This document shows, one piece after another, positions 36,440-46,687 of a DNA stretch of 64,000 nucleotides (positions within the stretch are counted from its first letter, which is position 1; every line of letters begins with the position of its first letter). The position numbers were made by a program, and so were the translations under genes. Source of the stretch: a virus; IMG/VR virus record IMGVR_UViG_3300001530_000094, one strand, 5' to 3'. A model generated the notes under the pieces. The model was not told where the DNA came from. It was given only the letters and a program-made list of their open reading frames with translations, and searched no databases.

Positions 36440-38710
36440 ATGCAAACTTGGGAAAAACTTTTAATTAATACAACTACTCGTGAATTAATAGAGAAGTTTA
36501 ACATTAATGCTACTAGCTCAGAGTTTATAGATAAAACTCTAGGTAGTGTAATGAGTAACGGTTTATTATTCACAGGAACAGAAACTATTGATGAAGAAAT
36601 CATCAATCCATTTACACCAGTTCCTATCAGTGGAGTAGTTAATTCAAATACTATTTTCGATAATTTTAGAATGTATTTTAGAGAGACAAATAATGTAGTA
36701 GAAACTAATCAACTTCCAGTTGATTTAACTAATTTTAATGATGCTAAGCCTCACTTTTTATATTTTAAAGAAGATTTTACATACAGAGTTTCTGATTATA
36801 TGTTTGGTCAATCTGATGAAGTTCTAATTTGTAGATTTGTAATAAATGAAGATAGTACTTGGAATCAAATTTATATTATGGCTCAAAGAGCAGGAACTCC
36901 AGCTTATGATGCAGGAGATGAATTTTATTCTATAGATGGAATAAATGTAAAGAGTCCTGGAGGATTGAAGTTATCTCACTTAGATGGAATAGTAAGACGT
37001 TCTGGAATAGAATTTACAGATAGATTTTCACCAGATTTATATAGATGCTTTGCAAATTCTAACACAGCTGTTCCTATAAGATATACTAATTTACAGAATG
37101 AAGTAGACTATACAGCAGACCCAGTACAGAATGTTGACCCTAATCACTATATGACTTATGATTCTAATTCTAAGCTTAAAAATAATGCTTCAGAAAGAAT
37201 TAGAAATTTATACAATTTAATTTATGGAGTAGATGAGTATGCAGAAGTACTAGCTAAAGCTTTATCAGATGATATTACATCTGCAGCTGGACAGTCCGAG
37301 TATAGAAAAATAGTAGATATATTTGTTGCTCACATGAATAGTATCTATGTAATGGTTGGAGAATTAGCAGATTATTTATCAGACTCATATTTTAGTACTA
37401 TAGATTTAACAAACCTAAATAATAACATAACAGCATACATGACATTTTCTAATGATAATTTCGGAGATACAGTTCCTATAACATTTGATACTGTAGACGC
37501 TATTAGAAATGCAGTTTATTATTTATTACCTGGAAAGAGTGAAATCTGTGATATTCCTATGGAAGATGTTTTAGGAGTCTTATATACAGCAATAAATGAA
37601 CTATCTATAACTTCTGGGACTTTGAAAAACGTAACTACAGATTACTATACTCTTCAAAGAGTTTTATGGGATATATATGAAGATAAATTAATAGTACAAT
37701 ATGGAGATAGAGAATTTGAAGACTTAGAAAGTGCTTCAGATGCAATCTCTTCTATGACTTATCCAGTTCCTTTTGGAAGATTGATGTATATTCCTTTAGC
37801 AGTAATAGTGTTAAAACAGGGAGAAACAGACTTAGCTACTAGTACAGAGTCTATTATAATAACTAAACAATACATATATGCAGATTCTGAACAAGAAGGT
37901 TTTGCAGATTATGTTGCAAGAGCTTTAGCCAATAAAGGACTTGCATATATACAACAGATTTTAGATGGTTCTTTACCAGTAGGAAAAGCTAAAACATTAG
38001 CCTATAATAACAATGGTGTAGACACTTATGTAAGTGGTGATTTTTATCTAAATTATGATAATTTAAGAAATGCAGTAAAAGTAATAAACAATCTAACTTC
38101 TAGTACTTATAATAGTAAAGAAGCTTTATCTGCATATCAAGGATATTTATTAAATCAAAATAAGTTAAATAGAGACGGAAGTAACAGTATAACTGGAAAT
38201 TTATTACCAGATACTACTAATACTAAGGACTTAGGAAGTACAGATAAAAGATTTAGAAATATCTATACTAACCAACTTAATACTTCTGGAAATATAACTT
38301 CTGGAGGAAATATTTTACCTAGTGCAAATGAGTCTAAAGATTTAGGAAGTAGTTCAGCTAAGTGGAATAATTTATATGTTAAAGCTATTTCTGGAGTAAC
38401 TTCTATTTCTACAGCTTCTATTACTACTTCTGGTAATGCTTCTATAGGTGGAAATTTAGGTGTTACTGGTTCAACTACTTTGAAAGGTACTACAGTTCAA
38501 GGAAATTTAAGAGTTGCTGGAACCGCAACTATAAATGGACTTACTCTTGCTCTTAAGCCTACTTTCGATAGTGCAGATAAAGGTGGATTTGTATTATCTA
38601 GAGGTGAAAGTGGTGGAGGAATAACTGTAGAGTTTTTAGAAGCTGCTTCTGGCAAAAACTCTGGTAATTTAGGATATTTTGCTAACAAATCTGTAGTAGT
38701 AAGTTGGTAG
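36440..38710 (+). CDS. Tail fibre protein
   Basis: The C-terminal repeats GNLLPDTTNTKDLGSTDKRFRNIYT and GNILPSANESKDLGSSSAKWNNLYV match the phage tail-fibre repeat (xxxxDLGSxxxxWxxxY). Confidence 0.6.
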   Translation: MQTWEKLLINTTTRELIEKFNINATSSEFIDKTLGSVMSNGLLFTGTETIDEEIINPFTPVPISGVVNSNTIFDNFRMYFRETNNVVETNQLPVDLTNFNDAKPHFLYFKEDFTYRVSDYMFGQSDEVLICRFVINEDSTWNQIYIMAQRAGTPAYDAGDEFYSIDGINVKSPGGLKLSHLDGIVRRSGIEFTDRFSPDLYRCFANSNTAVPIRYTNLQNEVDYTADPVQNVDPNHYMTYDSNSKLKNNASERIRNLYNLIYGVDEYAEVLAKALSDDITSAAGQSEYRKIVDIFVAHMNSIYVMVGELADYLSDSYFSTIDLTNLNNNITAYMTFSNDNFGDTVPITFDTVDAIRNAVYYLLPGKSEICDIPMEDVLGVLYTAINELSITSGTLKNVTTDYYTLQRVLWDIYEDKLIVQYGDREFEDLESASDAISSMTYPVPFGRLMYIPLAVIVLKQGETDLATSTESIIITKQYIYADSEQEGFADYVARALANKGLAYIQQILDGSLPVGKAKTLAYNNNGVDTYVSGDFYLNYDNLRNAVKVINNLTSSTYNSKEALSAYQGYLLNQNKLNRDGSNSITGNLLPDTTNTKDLGSTDKRFRNIYTNQLNTSGNITSGGNILPSANESKDLGSSSAKWNNLYVKAISGVTSISTASITTSGNASIGGNLGVTGSTTLKGTTVQGNLRVAGTATINGLTLALKPTFDSADKGGFVLSRGESGGGITVEFLEAASGKNSGNLGYFANKSVVVSW

Positions 38711-38722
38711 GAGGTGTAGAGT

Positions 38723-39709
38723 ATGGCGACAGTAACATATACAGTTTCAGGTACACAGATGCACTCAAGAAAGCCTAAAATAAAAAATGATTTAACAATT
38801 AAAGTTACTAGAAAGAATAAACAAACAAAAAAAGTTACTATTTCTATCACTGGAACTATTACTCCTGCTGCTAGTACAGAATTTTATAGAGGACCATTTT
38901 CTAATCCTCAAACAGGTTTCTATTTTTCAACTCATAAAGGTACAGATGGTAGACATGGAAATTATTATAATTTAAGATATGGTACTGATACTGATATAGA
39001 TGTAAGTTGGAGTGAAGAATGGACTAGTGGCACTTTAAAGATATATAGTCACTGCGGTTTCGGAGACTCAGGAGACCATTCTATTCATTGTTCTTATGAT
39101 TATGATAATATATTACTTAAATCTATAGATATTTCAAAGTTACCTTATGAAGAATATATTGACCCCACTAACTTTACTAGTGGTAAAGTATTTAACCAAA
39201 ATGGAGTACAGAATGGAAATGAAAAGCCAGATAGATGCATTAAAGTAACTTGGTCTGGAGAAAAACCTGGGAGTTATAGCTTTGATAGATATAGTATAGA
39301 TTTATTCAAAGTTTCTGGGCATTATGATGATGGTACGTATAGAATTGGTTCATTTAACAATGTATCTAAAAACACTTTATACGATTTAGATAATATTTCA
39401 TATAATGGAGACTATAGAGACTTAAATAATCGTCATGTTAGACCAGGAGATACTTTGTATGTATGTATCAGAGCTCATAGCACTAAAGGAGATGGAGGTA
39501 GTTGGTTACCTAGATATTATGTAGGAACGATAAAATTATATAAAGATGGAAAGATATTGTATAAACAGTCTAATGGTACTGGAGTAGAATGTACTAAACT
39601 ATATTATAAGCAGTCTAATGGTACAGTACAAAAAGGAAGATATGCTTTTTATAAACAAAATAACAGTACTGTAAAAGTCATAGATATGTATACATATTGT
39701 TATGAATAA
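38723..39709 (+). CDS. Structural-module hypothetical protein
   Basis: AGGAGGTG upstream. No motif recognised. Confidence 0.4.
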   Translation: MATVTYTVSGTQMHSRKPKIKNDLTIKVTRKNKQTKKVTISITGTITPAASTEFYRGPFSNPQTGFYFSTHKGTDGRHGNYYNLRYGTDTDIDVSWSEEWTSGTLKIYSHCGFGDSGDHSIHCSYDYDNILLKSIDISKLPYEEYIDPTNFTSGKVFNQNGVQNGNEKPDRCIKVTWSGEKPGSYSFDRYSIDLFKVSGHYDDGTYRIGSFNNVSKNTLYDLDNISYNGDYRDLNNRHVRPGDTLYVCIRAHSTKGDGGSWLPRYYVGTIKLYKDGKILYKQSNGTGVECTKLYYKQSNGTVQKGRYAFYKQNNSTVKVIDMYTYCYE

Positions 39710-39729
39710 TAAACAGGAGGTTCACAGAA

Positions 39730-40152
39730 ATGCTCAGAATAAACACAGAGATAATTTTAGATAATGGAATAGTAATTAATTGGCTTCTTTTAAATCTTGT
39801 CTCTATAAGGAAATCTGAATTGGAGTTAACTTTTGATACATTCACTTCTAAAGATTTATTAGTAAAGTCAGTTGAAAGAAAAATAAAAATAAAAGAAAAT
39901 TTAGAATTAGCTGCAAAGTTTAAAGATATGGTTGATAATAAAACTTCTACTGATAAAGATGAACTAAATGAGCTACAAAATAAAATTAATAAATTATCAG
40001 ATGAGGTAGATAATCTTCCAGATTATAATGAAGTAGTTATATCTAATTTTTCAGTTACTATTCCATATTCTCATAAAGAAAAAATAACTAAAGATTTCAT
40101 AGTAGAAAAGTTAAAAGAAAAGAATTTATTTAAGATAGAAAAGTATGAATAG
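39730..40152 (+). CDS. Hypothetical protein
   Basis: AGGAGG upstream. Confidence 0.4.
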   Translation: MLRINTEIILDNGIVINWLLLNLVSIRKSELELTFDTFTSKDLLVKSVERKIKIKENLELAAKFKDMVDNKTSTDKDELNELQNKINKLSDEVDNLPDYNEVVISNFSVTIPYSHKEKITKDFIVEKLKEKNLFKIEKYE

Positions 40153-40169
40153 AAAGGAGATTAGATAAT

Positions 40170-40910
40170 ATGATACAAATGCTTGGTAGTTCTAGACTAC
40201 TTAATAAGGCTATTCAAGAGAATGTTAATTCTACGAATACTAATAGAATTATAGAACTATATGGTATAAGTTCTATTGATGAATTGACTGATGTTCCATT
40301 ATTAGTTAAATCTTCTGTATCTGGCACAAGTGCTACTACTTATATTGAGATAACTAGCAGCGGAACAACTATAGATACAGTAGAACTTAATGTTTATAAC
40401 AATGGTGCAATAGATGTACCATTTTCAAACTGGGTTATAGCAAACCAATTGTACTTTTTAGTATATGATTTTGATAATAGTTGCTTTAACGCTTTTCCAG
40501 TAGGTAGCGGAGAATCAGCTGCTCCCCCTCCTAGTACTTTAATGGCCTTATCAGATGATATCTTGACTTTAACAAATTCTTCTACAGCTTCTGAGATTGA
40601 AACAGCCTTTGGAGATGTTGACAGTGAAGAGACTTTTATGGATTGGGTTAGCAGTATGTCTGGTCAATTAGTTATTTTTGATTTAGATTATAGTATTGTA
40701 AATTATATAACAATAAATAACTATAGAATGTCTAGTGATGGACTACACTACTCAATTTATTTTAATACTTATAATGTTAATAGCAACAATACTTTAGAAT
40801 TAGTTTACAAAGTTATGACTTTTAATAAAACTGCAACTGCTGATACTATATTTAGTTCAGTATCAGTGAAAGAAACTACTATATCTGATGGAAATGGGGT
40901 GGCATACTAA
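40170..40910 (+). CDS. Hypothetical protein
   Basis: AAGGAG upstream. Confidence 0.4.
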   Translation: MIQMLGSSRLLNKAIQENVNSTNTNRIIELYGISSIDELTDVPLLVKSSVSGTSATTYIEITSSGTTIDTVELNVYNNGAIDVPFSNWVIANQLYFLVYDFDNSCFNAFPVGSGESAAPPPSTLMALSDDILTLTNSSTASEIETAFGDVDSEETFMDWVSSMSGQLVIFDLDYSIVNYITINNYRMSSDGLHYSIYFNTYNVNSNNTLELVYKVMTFNKTATADTIFSSVSVKETTISDGNGVAY

Positions 40911-41941
40911 TGGGACAAGTTTATGTAGATGAAAATAGTTTAAGTTCAATAGGAAATGCAATCAGAAACATAACTAACACAACTAATAATTTTTATCCTA
41001 ATCAAATGGGACCAGCTATAGAAAATATCAGTATGGGTCCAGAAATTACAGATGCTAGTTACTTATTTTATCATGGAGCTAGAATGTCTCAGTATATAGA
41101 TTTAATAAACTGTATATCTCCTAATGTACATTACACTTCAGAAATGTTTTCAGGACTTAATTTTTCAAATTACCCATTTGAAATCCCTATTTTTAATACA
41201 AGTAATGTAGTACAAGCTTCCAATATGTTTTTTAATTATATAATGCTAAGAAATGCTCCTGCATTTAATTTTAGCAGTCTTACACAGGCTCAATATATGT
41301 TTTCTAACTGTACTAACTTAACAGATATTCCTAATTTTACTACTAGTGATAGGTTACAAAATTTGTGCGGTATTTTTAGATATTGTTATAGTATGACGAA
41401 TACCAGTAATATAAGTTATTGGAATACAGAAAATGTTACTAACATAGACCAGATGTTTCTATTTTGTAATCACATATCAACAATTAATGATTTGAATTTC
41501 CCTAAAGTTACTAATTTAAGAACTTTTTGTGGTGGTTGTCATTCACTTGTTTCATTAAATAATTGCAATTTTAGTAATGCACAGAACTTGTGGCAATCTT
41601 TTAGTCAGTGCTGGAATTTACAAGCTATACCAGAAATTCATTCAGACAATATTATTAATATGTGTGAAGCCTTTGTAAGTTGTTCTAATTTAACAGAAGT
41701 TATACAATATAATACTTTAAAAGTAAAAGATATGTGTAGAACTTTTCAGTTCTGTAATAATTTAAGTAATGCAAGTATACAGAATATAATTAATATGTGT
41801 TTAAATAGTAATATAACAACTGCTAGTTATAAAAATCTAACAGTTAATAATGGTAATAGCCCACTTTATCAGACTAAATTTAATAATTCATACTATCAAG
41901 ATAGATGGCAAGAACTTACAGATGCTGGTTGGACATATTAG
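40910..41941 (+). CDS. BspA-type leucine-rich-repeat protein (receptor-binding candidate), paralogue 1
   Basis: ~22-aa repeats of the form NTSNVxxxxxMFxxCxxLxxIPxF, and a C-terminal module NASIQNIINMCLNSNIT...YYQDRWQELTDAGWTY shared with ORFs 48538 and 52826. Confidence 0.65.
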   Translation: MGQVYVDENSLSSIGNAIRNITNTTNNFYPNQMGPAIENISMGPEITDASYLFYHGARMSQYIDLINCISPNVHYTSEMFSGLNFSNYPFEIPIFNTSNVVQASNMFFNYIMLRNAPAFNFSSLTQAQYMFSNCTNLTDIPNFTTSDRLQNLCGIFRYCYSMTNTSNISYWNTENVTNIDQMFLFCNHISTINDLNFPKVTNLRTFCGGCHSLVSLNNCNFSNAQNLWQSFSQCWNLQAIPEIHSDNIINMCEAFVSCSNLTEVIQYNTLKVKDMCRTFQFCNNLSNASIQNIINMCLNSNITTASYKNLTVNNGNSPLYQTKFNNSYYQDRWQELTDAGWTY

Positions 41942-41970
41942 AAGCATAATATTTAATAGGAGGAATTTTC

Positions 41971-42381
41971 ATGGCATTTTTAAAAGAGAGGAAATTAAAA
42001 AATGGAGTTATAACTACCTATCATAGAATTAAATCTGTAAACTATAATTTTTTAGAAGGACAGACTTTAGTAGAGATAGATAGTTATACTTCTAAAGAAT
42101 ACAGAGAAAAAGAGAAGAAAATAGATGAACTAAATAAAACAATTAATGTTCTTTATAATCAGTATAGAACTTCTATAGAAAAAGGAGAAAAACAGTTAGC
42201 AGATTCTATAAGAGAGAAAATGAATGAACTTCAAGAGATTCAAGATGATTTATCTTCTAAAAACTTTATAGCTGATACTTCTGTAGTTACTATAGATTCT
42301 ATACCTGAAGATATAACTATTTCATCTATCTATAAATTACTCAGTACTTTAGAAGAATATTCTGATGCGAAAGAGGTGTAA
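41971..42381 (+). CDS. Hypothetical protein
   Basis: AGGAGG upstream. Confidence 0.4.
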   Translation: MAFLKERKLKNGVITTYHRIKSVNYNFLEGQTLVEIDSYTSKEYREKEKKIDELNKTINVLYNQYRTSIEKGEKQLADSIREKMNELQEIQDDLSSKNFIADTSVVTIDSIPEDITISSIYKLLSTLEEYSDAKEV

Positions 42382-42383
42382 AA

Positions 42384-43022
42384 ATGAAAGAAAGATTGCA
42401 AGTTCCAATAAATGGTTTAGTTAATACTAACCAAAGCTTTTTAAGAGCTGATATAGATACAGTTTACATAGGAAAGAAAAGATATCTAAATATATTAGCT
42501 TCTGTAGAATTAAAGCCTGATATAGGAAAAGCCAGTACTTCTACTTTAGAGACTTTTGAACTTAGAATATCTCTAGATGATAATCTCATAAAGAGAGAAA
42601 CTATAGAAATAGATTTATTAGAAGGAAAAGACTATCAGATAGAGACTGATGTAGAACTTCATAATGTACAGTATGAAACTAGATTATTAAACGTTGAGAT
42701 GTGTAACTTTAGAAATAATATTATAGAATATACAGCAATAAAAGAAATGATAAATATAGAACCTATAAAAGAAAGTAAAACTTTTATAAGAGTAGATTAC
42801 TATCAAGACAAAGACTTAGTTCATAACTTTAGTTATTATACTAATAAATCAACAAATAGAATTTTTATGAAGATGAACAATAATAATTGGAAAGAAATTT
42901 TTAGTGGTTTCAGTTTAAAAAATGAAGAATTAGAAGGAAAAGTAAATTACCTTCAACTTTACACTACAGATGAAGAAAATAACAAAATCTATTCAAATGT
43001 TATCAGATTTATAAAAACTTAA
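42384..43022 (+). CDS. Hypothetical protein
   Basis: AGAGGTG upstream. Confidence 0.4.
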   Translation: MKERLQVPINGLVNTNQSFLRADIDTVYIGKKRYLNILASVELKPDIGKASTSTLETFELRISLDDNLIKRETIEIDLLEGKDYQIETDVELHNVQYETRLLNVEMCNFRNNIIEYTAIKEMINIEPIKESKTFIRVDYYQDKDLVHNFSYYTNKSTNRIFMKMNNNNWKEIFSGFSLKNEELEGKVNYLQLYTTDEENNKIYSNVIRFIKT

Positions 43023-43060
43023 ACATCAGAATGACTTTAGAGACATTTTAAAAACTATCT
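43014..43060 (+). repeat. Conserved intergenic boundary element, copy C
   Basis: AAACATCAGAATGACTTTAGAGACATTTTAAA (43021-43052) overlaps the stop of ORF 42384..43022. Confidence 0.65.
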
Positions 43061-43075
43061 AATATAAATTATATT

Positions 43076-43119
43076 AAGAAGAATAAGTAACCTGCTTAGC
43101 TTATTCTTCTTTTCTTTTG
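43076..43119 (+). terminator. Rho-independent terminator
   Basis: Perfect 12-bp stem AAGAAGAATAAG / CTTATTCTTCTT (43076-43087 / 43100-43111) followed by TTCTTTTG. Confidence 0.8.
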
Positions 43120-43241
43120 TATAAATAATCTCATCAATATTTAATGCTTTATAATATATTATATTAAGAAGAAATTTAGAAGCAATTATATCGATTGATA
43201 ACCTATCATCATAAGTTTAATAAATTATAGGAGGAAAGAGT

Positions 43242-43959
43242 ATGGATTTCGCAACTATTTCTAAATTAGTAATAGATGCTGGTGTGAGCTTAGCATGTTC
43301 AGCTGTAATGATTTTTGTTTTCTACAGACTGATTAATAAGCACATGAAAGATGAGGAGGAATTAAGAAAAAGTCAGGATGAGCAAAATAAAAAATTATTG
43401 CAACACATTCTAGAATCTACACCTTATGCCATAACTCCCAAGAAATACGATGAAGATGTCGCTATTGATAAAGAAATAAATTCTGTACTAAATAAATTAA
43501 AAGATTCGTTGAACCCTACTAGAACTTATCTAGTAACTTTTCATAACGGAGGAAAAGACTTAAGCGGTTTATCTTTTCTAAAGATGAGTATGCGTAATGA
43601 AGTGACAGCTCCTAACATTAAACCTTTGCAAGGAGAATTTCAAAATGTATTTAGAAATACTTTTGCATATTGGTGTAATGAAATTGCAGAAAAAGGTAAA
43701 TGTTATGTAGAAGATAGAGAAGATATGAAAGAAATAGACTCTAGTCTTTATGATTTTATGAATACTAGAGACATTTATTCTCTTTATGGAAAAGCTATAA
43801 TAAACAATGACGGGCATATTATTCGGTTTTATTGGTGTAGAATATATGGTTAAGCCGAAAGTTGATTTAGACAGAATAGAACACTGTTTAACAGATAAGA
43901 AAAATAAAATAGAAGCTCTTTTAAATTACGCACAAAATAACGGAAAGAAAGGAGAGTAA
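43242..43959 (+). CDS. Membrane-anchored hypothetical protein, interrupted at a CGG (+1 shift needed)
   Basis: Segments 43242-43823 and 43825-43959. ...NNDGHII-G-FIGVEYMVKPKVDLDRIEHCLTDKKNKIEALLNYAQNNGKKGE* ends 2 nt before the next gene's ATG. The zero frame ends at 43853. Confidence 0.55.
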
Positions 43960-43961
43960 GT

Positions 43962-44693
43962 ATGTACGCAGAAATAAAGAATGCAAATAAGATTTTAATA
44001 AATAGATTAGCAGATACTGAAAGAATATTATTAGAACAAATTGCTAATGAAGCAGAAACTGCAGAAATAACTTTCTCTAAACTAACTGGTGAAACAGGTG
44101 ATTTTGACGGTATAATGATAAATGTTACTAATACTATTAAAAAGATAGAACCTACAGAGAAAATACTTTCTGAAATTACAGTTTTAGTAGGAGAACCTAA
44201 AGAATATGTATTACCAGTAGATGGAGAAGTTACAGTTTTAACAGCATATAACAATGAACATCTTAAAGTTACTGCTAGTAATAATAAACTAGTATTTTCT
44301 ACTGATGGTGTATTTGAAGATACAGTTCATTATGAAATTACTAAAGCTGGATATGAATCTTTAGCCGGAGAAATAAAAATAATTTCTAAAGAAAGAGATG
44401 AAGTTACTCTAACTATTAACACAGACCCAGCTGACCCAGATGCTATATTAGTATTTGATGAACATGATACTAAGTTAATCCCAGTAAATTCTGATATTAT
44501 AAATATCTATTCATTACCAATAGGAACTTATAAAATAGTAATTTCTAAGATAAACTATAGACAAACAGAAGATTTGATAACTATTACTTCAGAAGATTTA
44601 GCTAATAAAACTAAGACTATTACTATAGAATTAACTGCTATAAACTCTGAAGATGTAGTTCATTTAGTAGATGAAGAAGAGGAGGGAGCATAG
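43962..44693 (+). CDS. Hypothetical protein (beta-rich, PEGA/CarboxypepD_reg-like C-terminal half?)
   Basis: AAGGAGAG upstream. The domain idea comes from the sequence pattern only. Confidence 0.35.
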   Translation: MYAEIKNANKILINRLADTERILLEQIANEAETAEITFSKLTGETGDFDGIMINVTNTIKKIEPTEKILSEITVLVGEPKEYVLPVDGEVTVLTAYNNEHLKVTASNNKLVFSTDGVFEDTVHYEITKAGYESLAGEIKIISKERDEVTLTINTDPADPDAILVFDEHDTKLIPVNSDIINIYSLPIGTYKIVISKINYRQTEDLITITSEDLANKTKTITIELTAINSEDVVHLVDEEEEGA

Positions 44694-44694
44694 T

Positions 44695-44913
44695 ATGGCT
44701 AAAAATTTATTTATAGAAACAAAAAGTGGGAAACTTCAAAATCTATATCTTTTACAAGATGTAAGAGCTGTAGAATCTGAAGAAGAGCCTGAAAAATATG
44801 CTCTAGCCTATGTTCAAGAAAATGGTGTTATATTAGAAGATATGTTGTATGACACTATGGAAGAAGCAGAAGCTGCTGTAGAAGAAGTAAAAGCAGAAAT
44901 TTTAGGAGAGTAA
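44695..44913 (+). CDS. Small acidic protein, paralogue of 44928..45287
   Basis: LFIETKSGKLQNLYLLQDV aligns with LFIERLDGRAANVSLIQTI in the next ORF. Confidence 0.4.
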   Translation: MAKNLFIETKSGKLQNLYLLQDVRAVESEEEPEKYALAYVQENGVILEDMLYDTMEEAEAAVEEVKAEILGE

Positions 44914-44927
44914 AGGAGGTTGTAAAT

Positions 44928-45287
44928 ATGGCTGCTGAGCAAGGTTTATTCATTGAAAGATTAGATGGTAGAGCCGCAAATGTTAGTTTAATTCAAACCA
45001 TATTTATAGACCCTGAAGACTCTACCAATATAGTATGGTATTTTAGAAACGGAGAAACTTATGAAGAAGATTTAGCTTCTGAAGAAGAAGCTCAAAGTAG
45101 ATATGATGCTTTAAAAGGATTGCTTTTAGGAGTAACTATTGCAGAACTAGAAGAAACTATTACAGAGCAAGCAAATACAATTGCAGAACAAGAAGAAGTA
45201 ATAGATGATTTAAACGTAAATATAGATGAGTTTGTTGAAAAAACTGAAGTTATATTATCAGGAGAGGAGGAATCTTTAAATGCCTAA
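44928..45287 (+). CDS. Small acidic protein, paralogue of 44695..44913
   Basis: AAGGAGG upstream. N-terminal similarity to the preceding ORF. Confidence 0.4.
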   Translation: MAAEQGLFIERLDGRAANVSLIQTIFIDPEDSTNIVWYFRNGETYEEDLASEEEAQSRYDALKGLLLGVTIAELEETITEQANTIAEQEEVIDDLNVNIDEFVEKTEVILSGEEESLNA

Positions 45288-46668
45288 GTCAAGTGTAGAA
45301 CAGTTAAGAGATAATTTAACAGAAATAGAAGATATAAAGGGACAGATAAGACAAGCAATAATAGCAAAAGAGACAGAGGTTCCTTTAGATACACCTTTCT
45401 CAGAATATCCTCAGAAAATAGAAGATATTCAAACAAAAGAAGATTTAGACAATGTATTAAATACTCAAGATGAAAAAATAGCTGAGTTAGAAGCTGCTTT
45501 AGAGAATAAAACTGCTGGCGGAAAAGTTAAATTAAATATATATGCTCAGACAACAGAACCAACAGACAAAAACGGTATATGGCTTCAAACAGATAAGACT
45601 TTTGATAAAATTTATTTTGACACAAATGTGGTGACAGCTGCGACTTGGGACACATCTATGACATATACTTCTATACCTTATGAGTTTCGTTATGGAGGAA
45701 GCGCAACAGTAGGGACAGATATTTACCTTTTTGGTTCAAGTAGTGCTAGAAACACCGCTTATAAATATGACACTTTGACAGACACTTATTCTCAATTAGC
45801 AGATATACCATATTCATTTTATGGGGGAAGTACAATTGCTGTTGACACAGATATTTATTTATTTGGGTCTAATGTATCAGGTAATACAAAAAAAGCGTAT
45901 AAGTATGACACGTTGACTGATACATACATGGCTTTAACAGATATACCTTATGATTTTGCTAGAGGTGGAATATCTTATTTAAACGGAATTATATATTTGC
46001 TGGGGGGTAAGGATGATTATAGTACAGGTTATAAATATGATATAAATGCTAATAGTTATACACAAATCCCAGGTTCTCCTAATGGGGTAAGATTTGATTG
46101 TCGTTATGCAGAAGTTGCAACTGTCGGTGAGGATGTTTATATATTTGGGGGAGGTCGTGTGGACTATACTGTCTATGTAAAAACTGCTTATAAATATAAT
46201 ATGACTACAAATGTAGTGACTAAACTTACTGATTTACCTGAGAATGTGTATTATGGGGGTGCTATATCATTTGGTTCAAGCATTTATTTGTTTGGAAATT
46301 ATTCATACGCATATAAATATGATGTAGATAGTGATAGTTATGAAGCTATACCTAGTCCTGGTGCAAGTCATTCTTATATAGGTTGTAGAGTAGAAATAGT
46401 GCAAAATAAAATTTTTATATTAGGTGGAAATGGTTATCCGACATTAATAAGTGTTTATTTATTAGGCACTAAAGAATACAATGATAACTCTATTGTAGTA
46501 TCACAAGGTCCTAGTTTGAAGACATCTCTGTTTGAAATAAATGGTGTAGAAGGAAGATTGTTGTTTTATTTTGCAGATGCCTGGTATTATACCACTGAAA
46601 ATGGGTTAGATAATACTATTCCTACTTATTATGGTAATAGTACAGAATGGATAAAATTTAAAAACTAG
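45280..46668 (+). CDS. Kelch-repeat beta-propeller fibre/receptor-binding candidate
   Basis: Repeats of AYKYDTLTDTYxxLxDIPYxF..G.....DTDIYLFG. The N-terminal module is shared with the LRR paralogues. Confidence 0.6.
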   Translation: MPKSSVEQLRDNLTEIEDIKGQIRQAIIAKETEVPLDTPFSEYPQKIEDIQTKEDLDNVLNTQDEKIAELEAALENKTAGGKVKLNIYAQTTEPTDKNGIWLQTDKTFDKIYFDTNVVTAATWDTSMTYTSIPYEFRYGGSATVGTDIYLFGSSSARNTAYKYDTLTDTYSQLADIPYSFYGGSTIAVDTDIYLFGSNVSGNTKKAYKYDTLTDTYMALTDIPYDFARGGISYLNGIIYLLGGKDDYSTGYKYDINANSYTQIPGSPNGVRFDCRYAEVATVGEDVYIFGGGRVDYTVYVKTAYKYNMTTNVVTKLTDLPENVYYGGAISFGSSIYLFGNYSYAYKYDVDSDSYEAIPSPGASHSYIGCRVEIVQNKIFILGGNGYPTLISVYLLGTKEYNDNSIVVSQGPSLKTSLFEINGVEGRLLFYFADAWYYTTENGLDNTIPTYYGNSTEWIKFKN

Positions 46669-46687
46669 AAGAAAGGAGAAAAATTAA

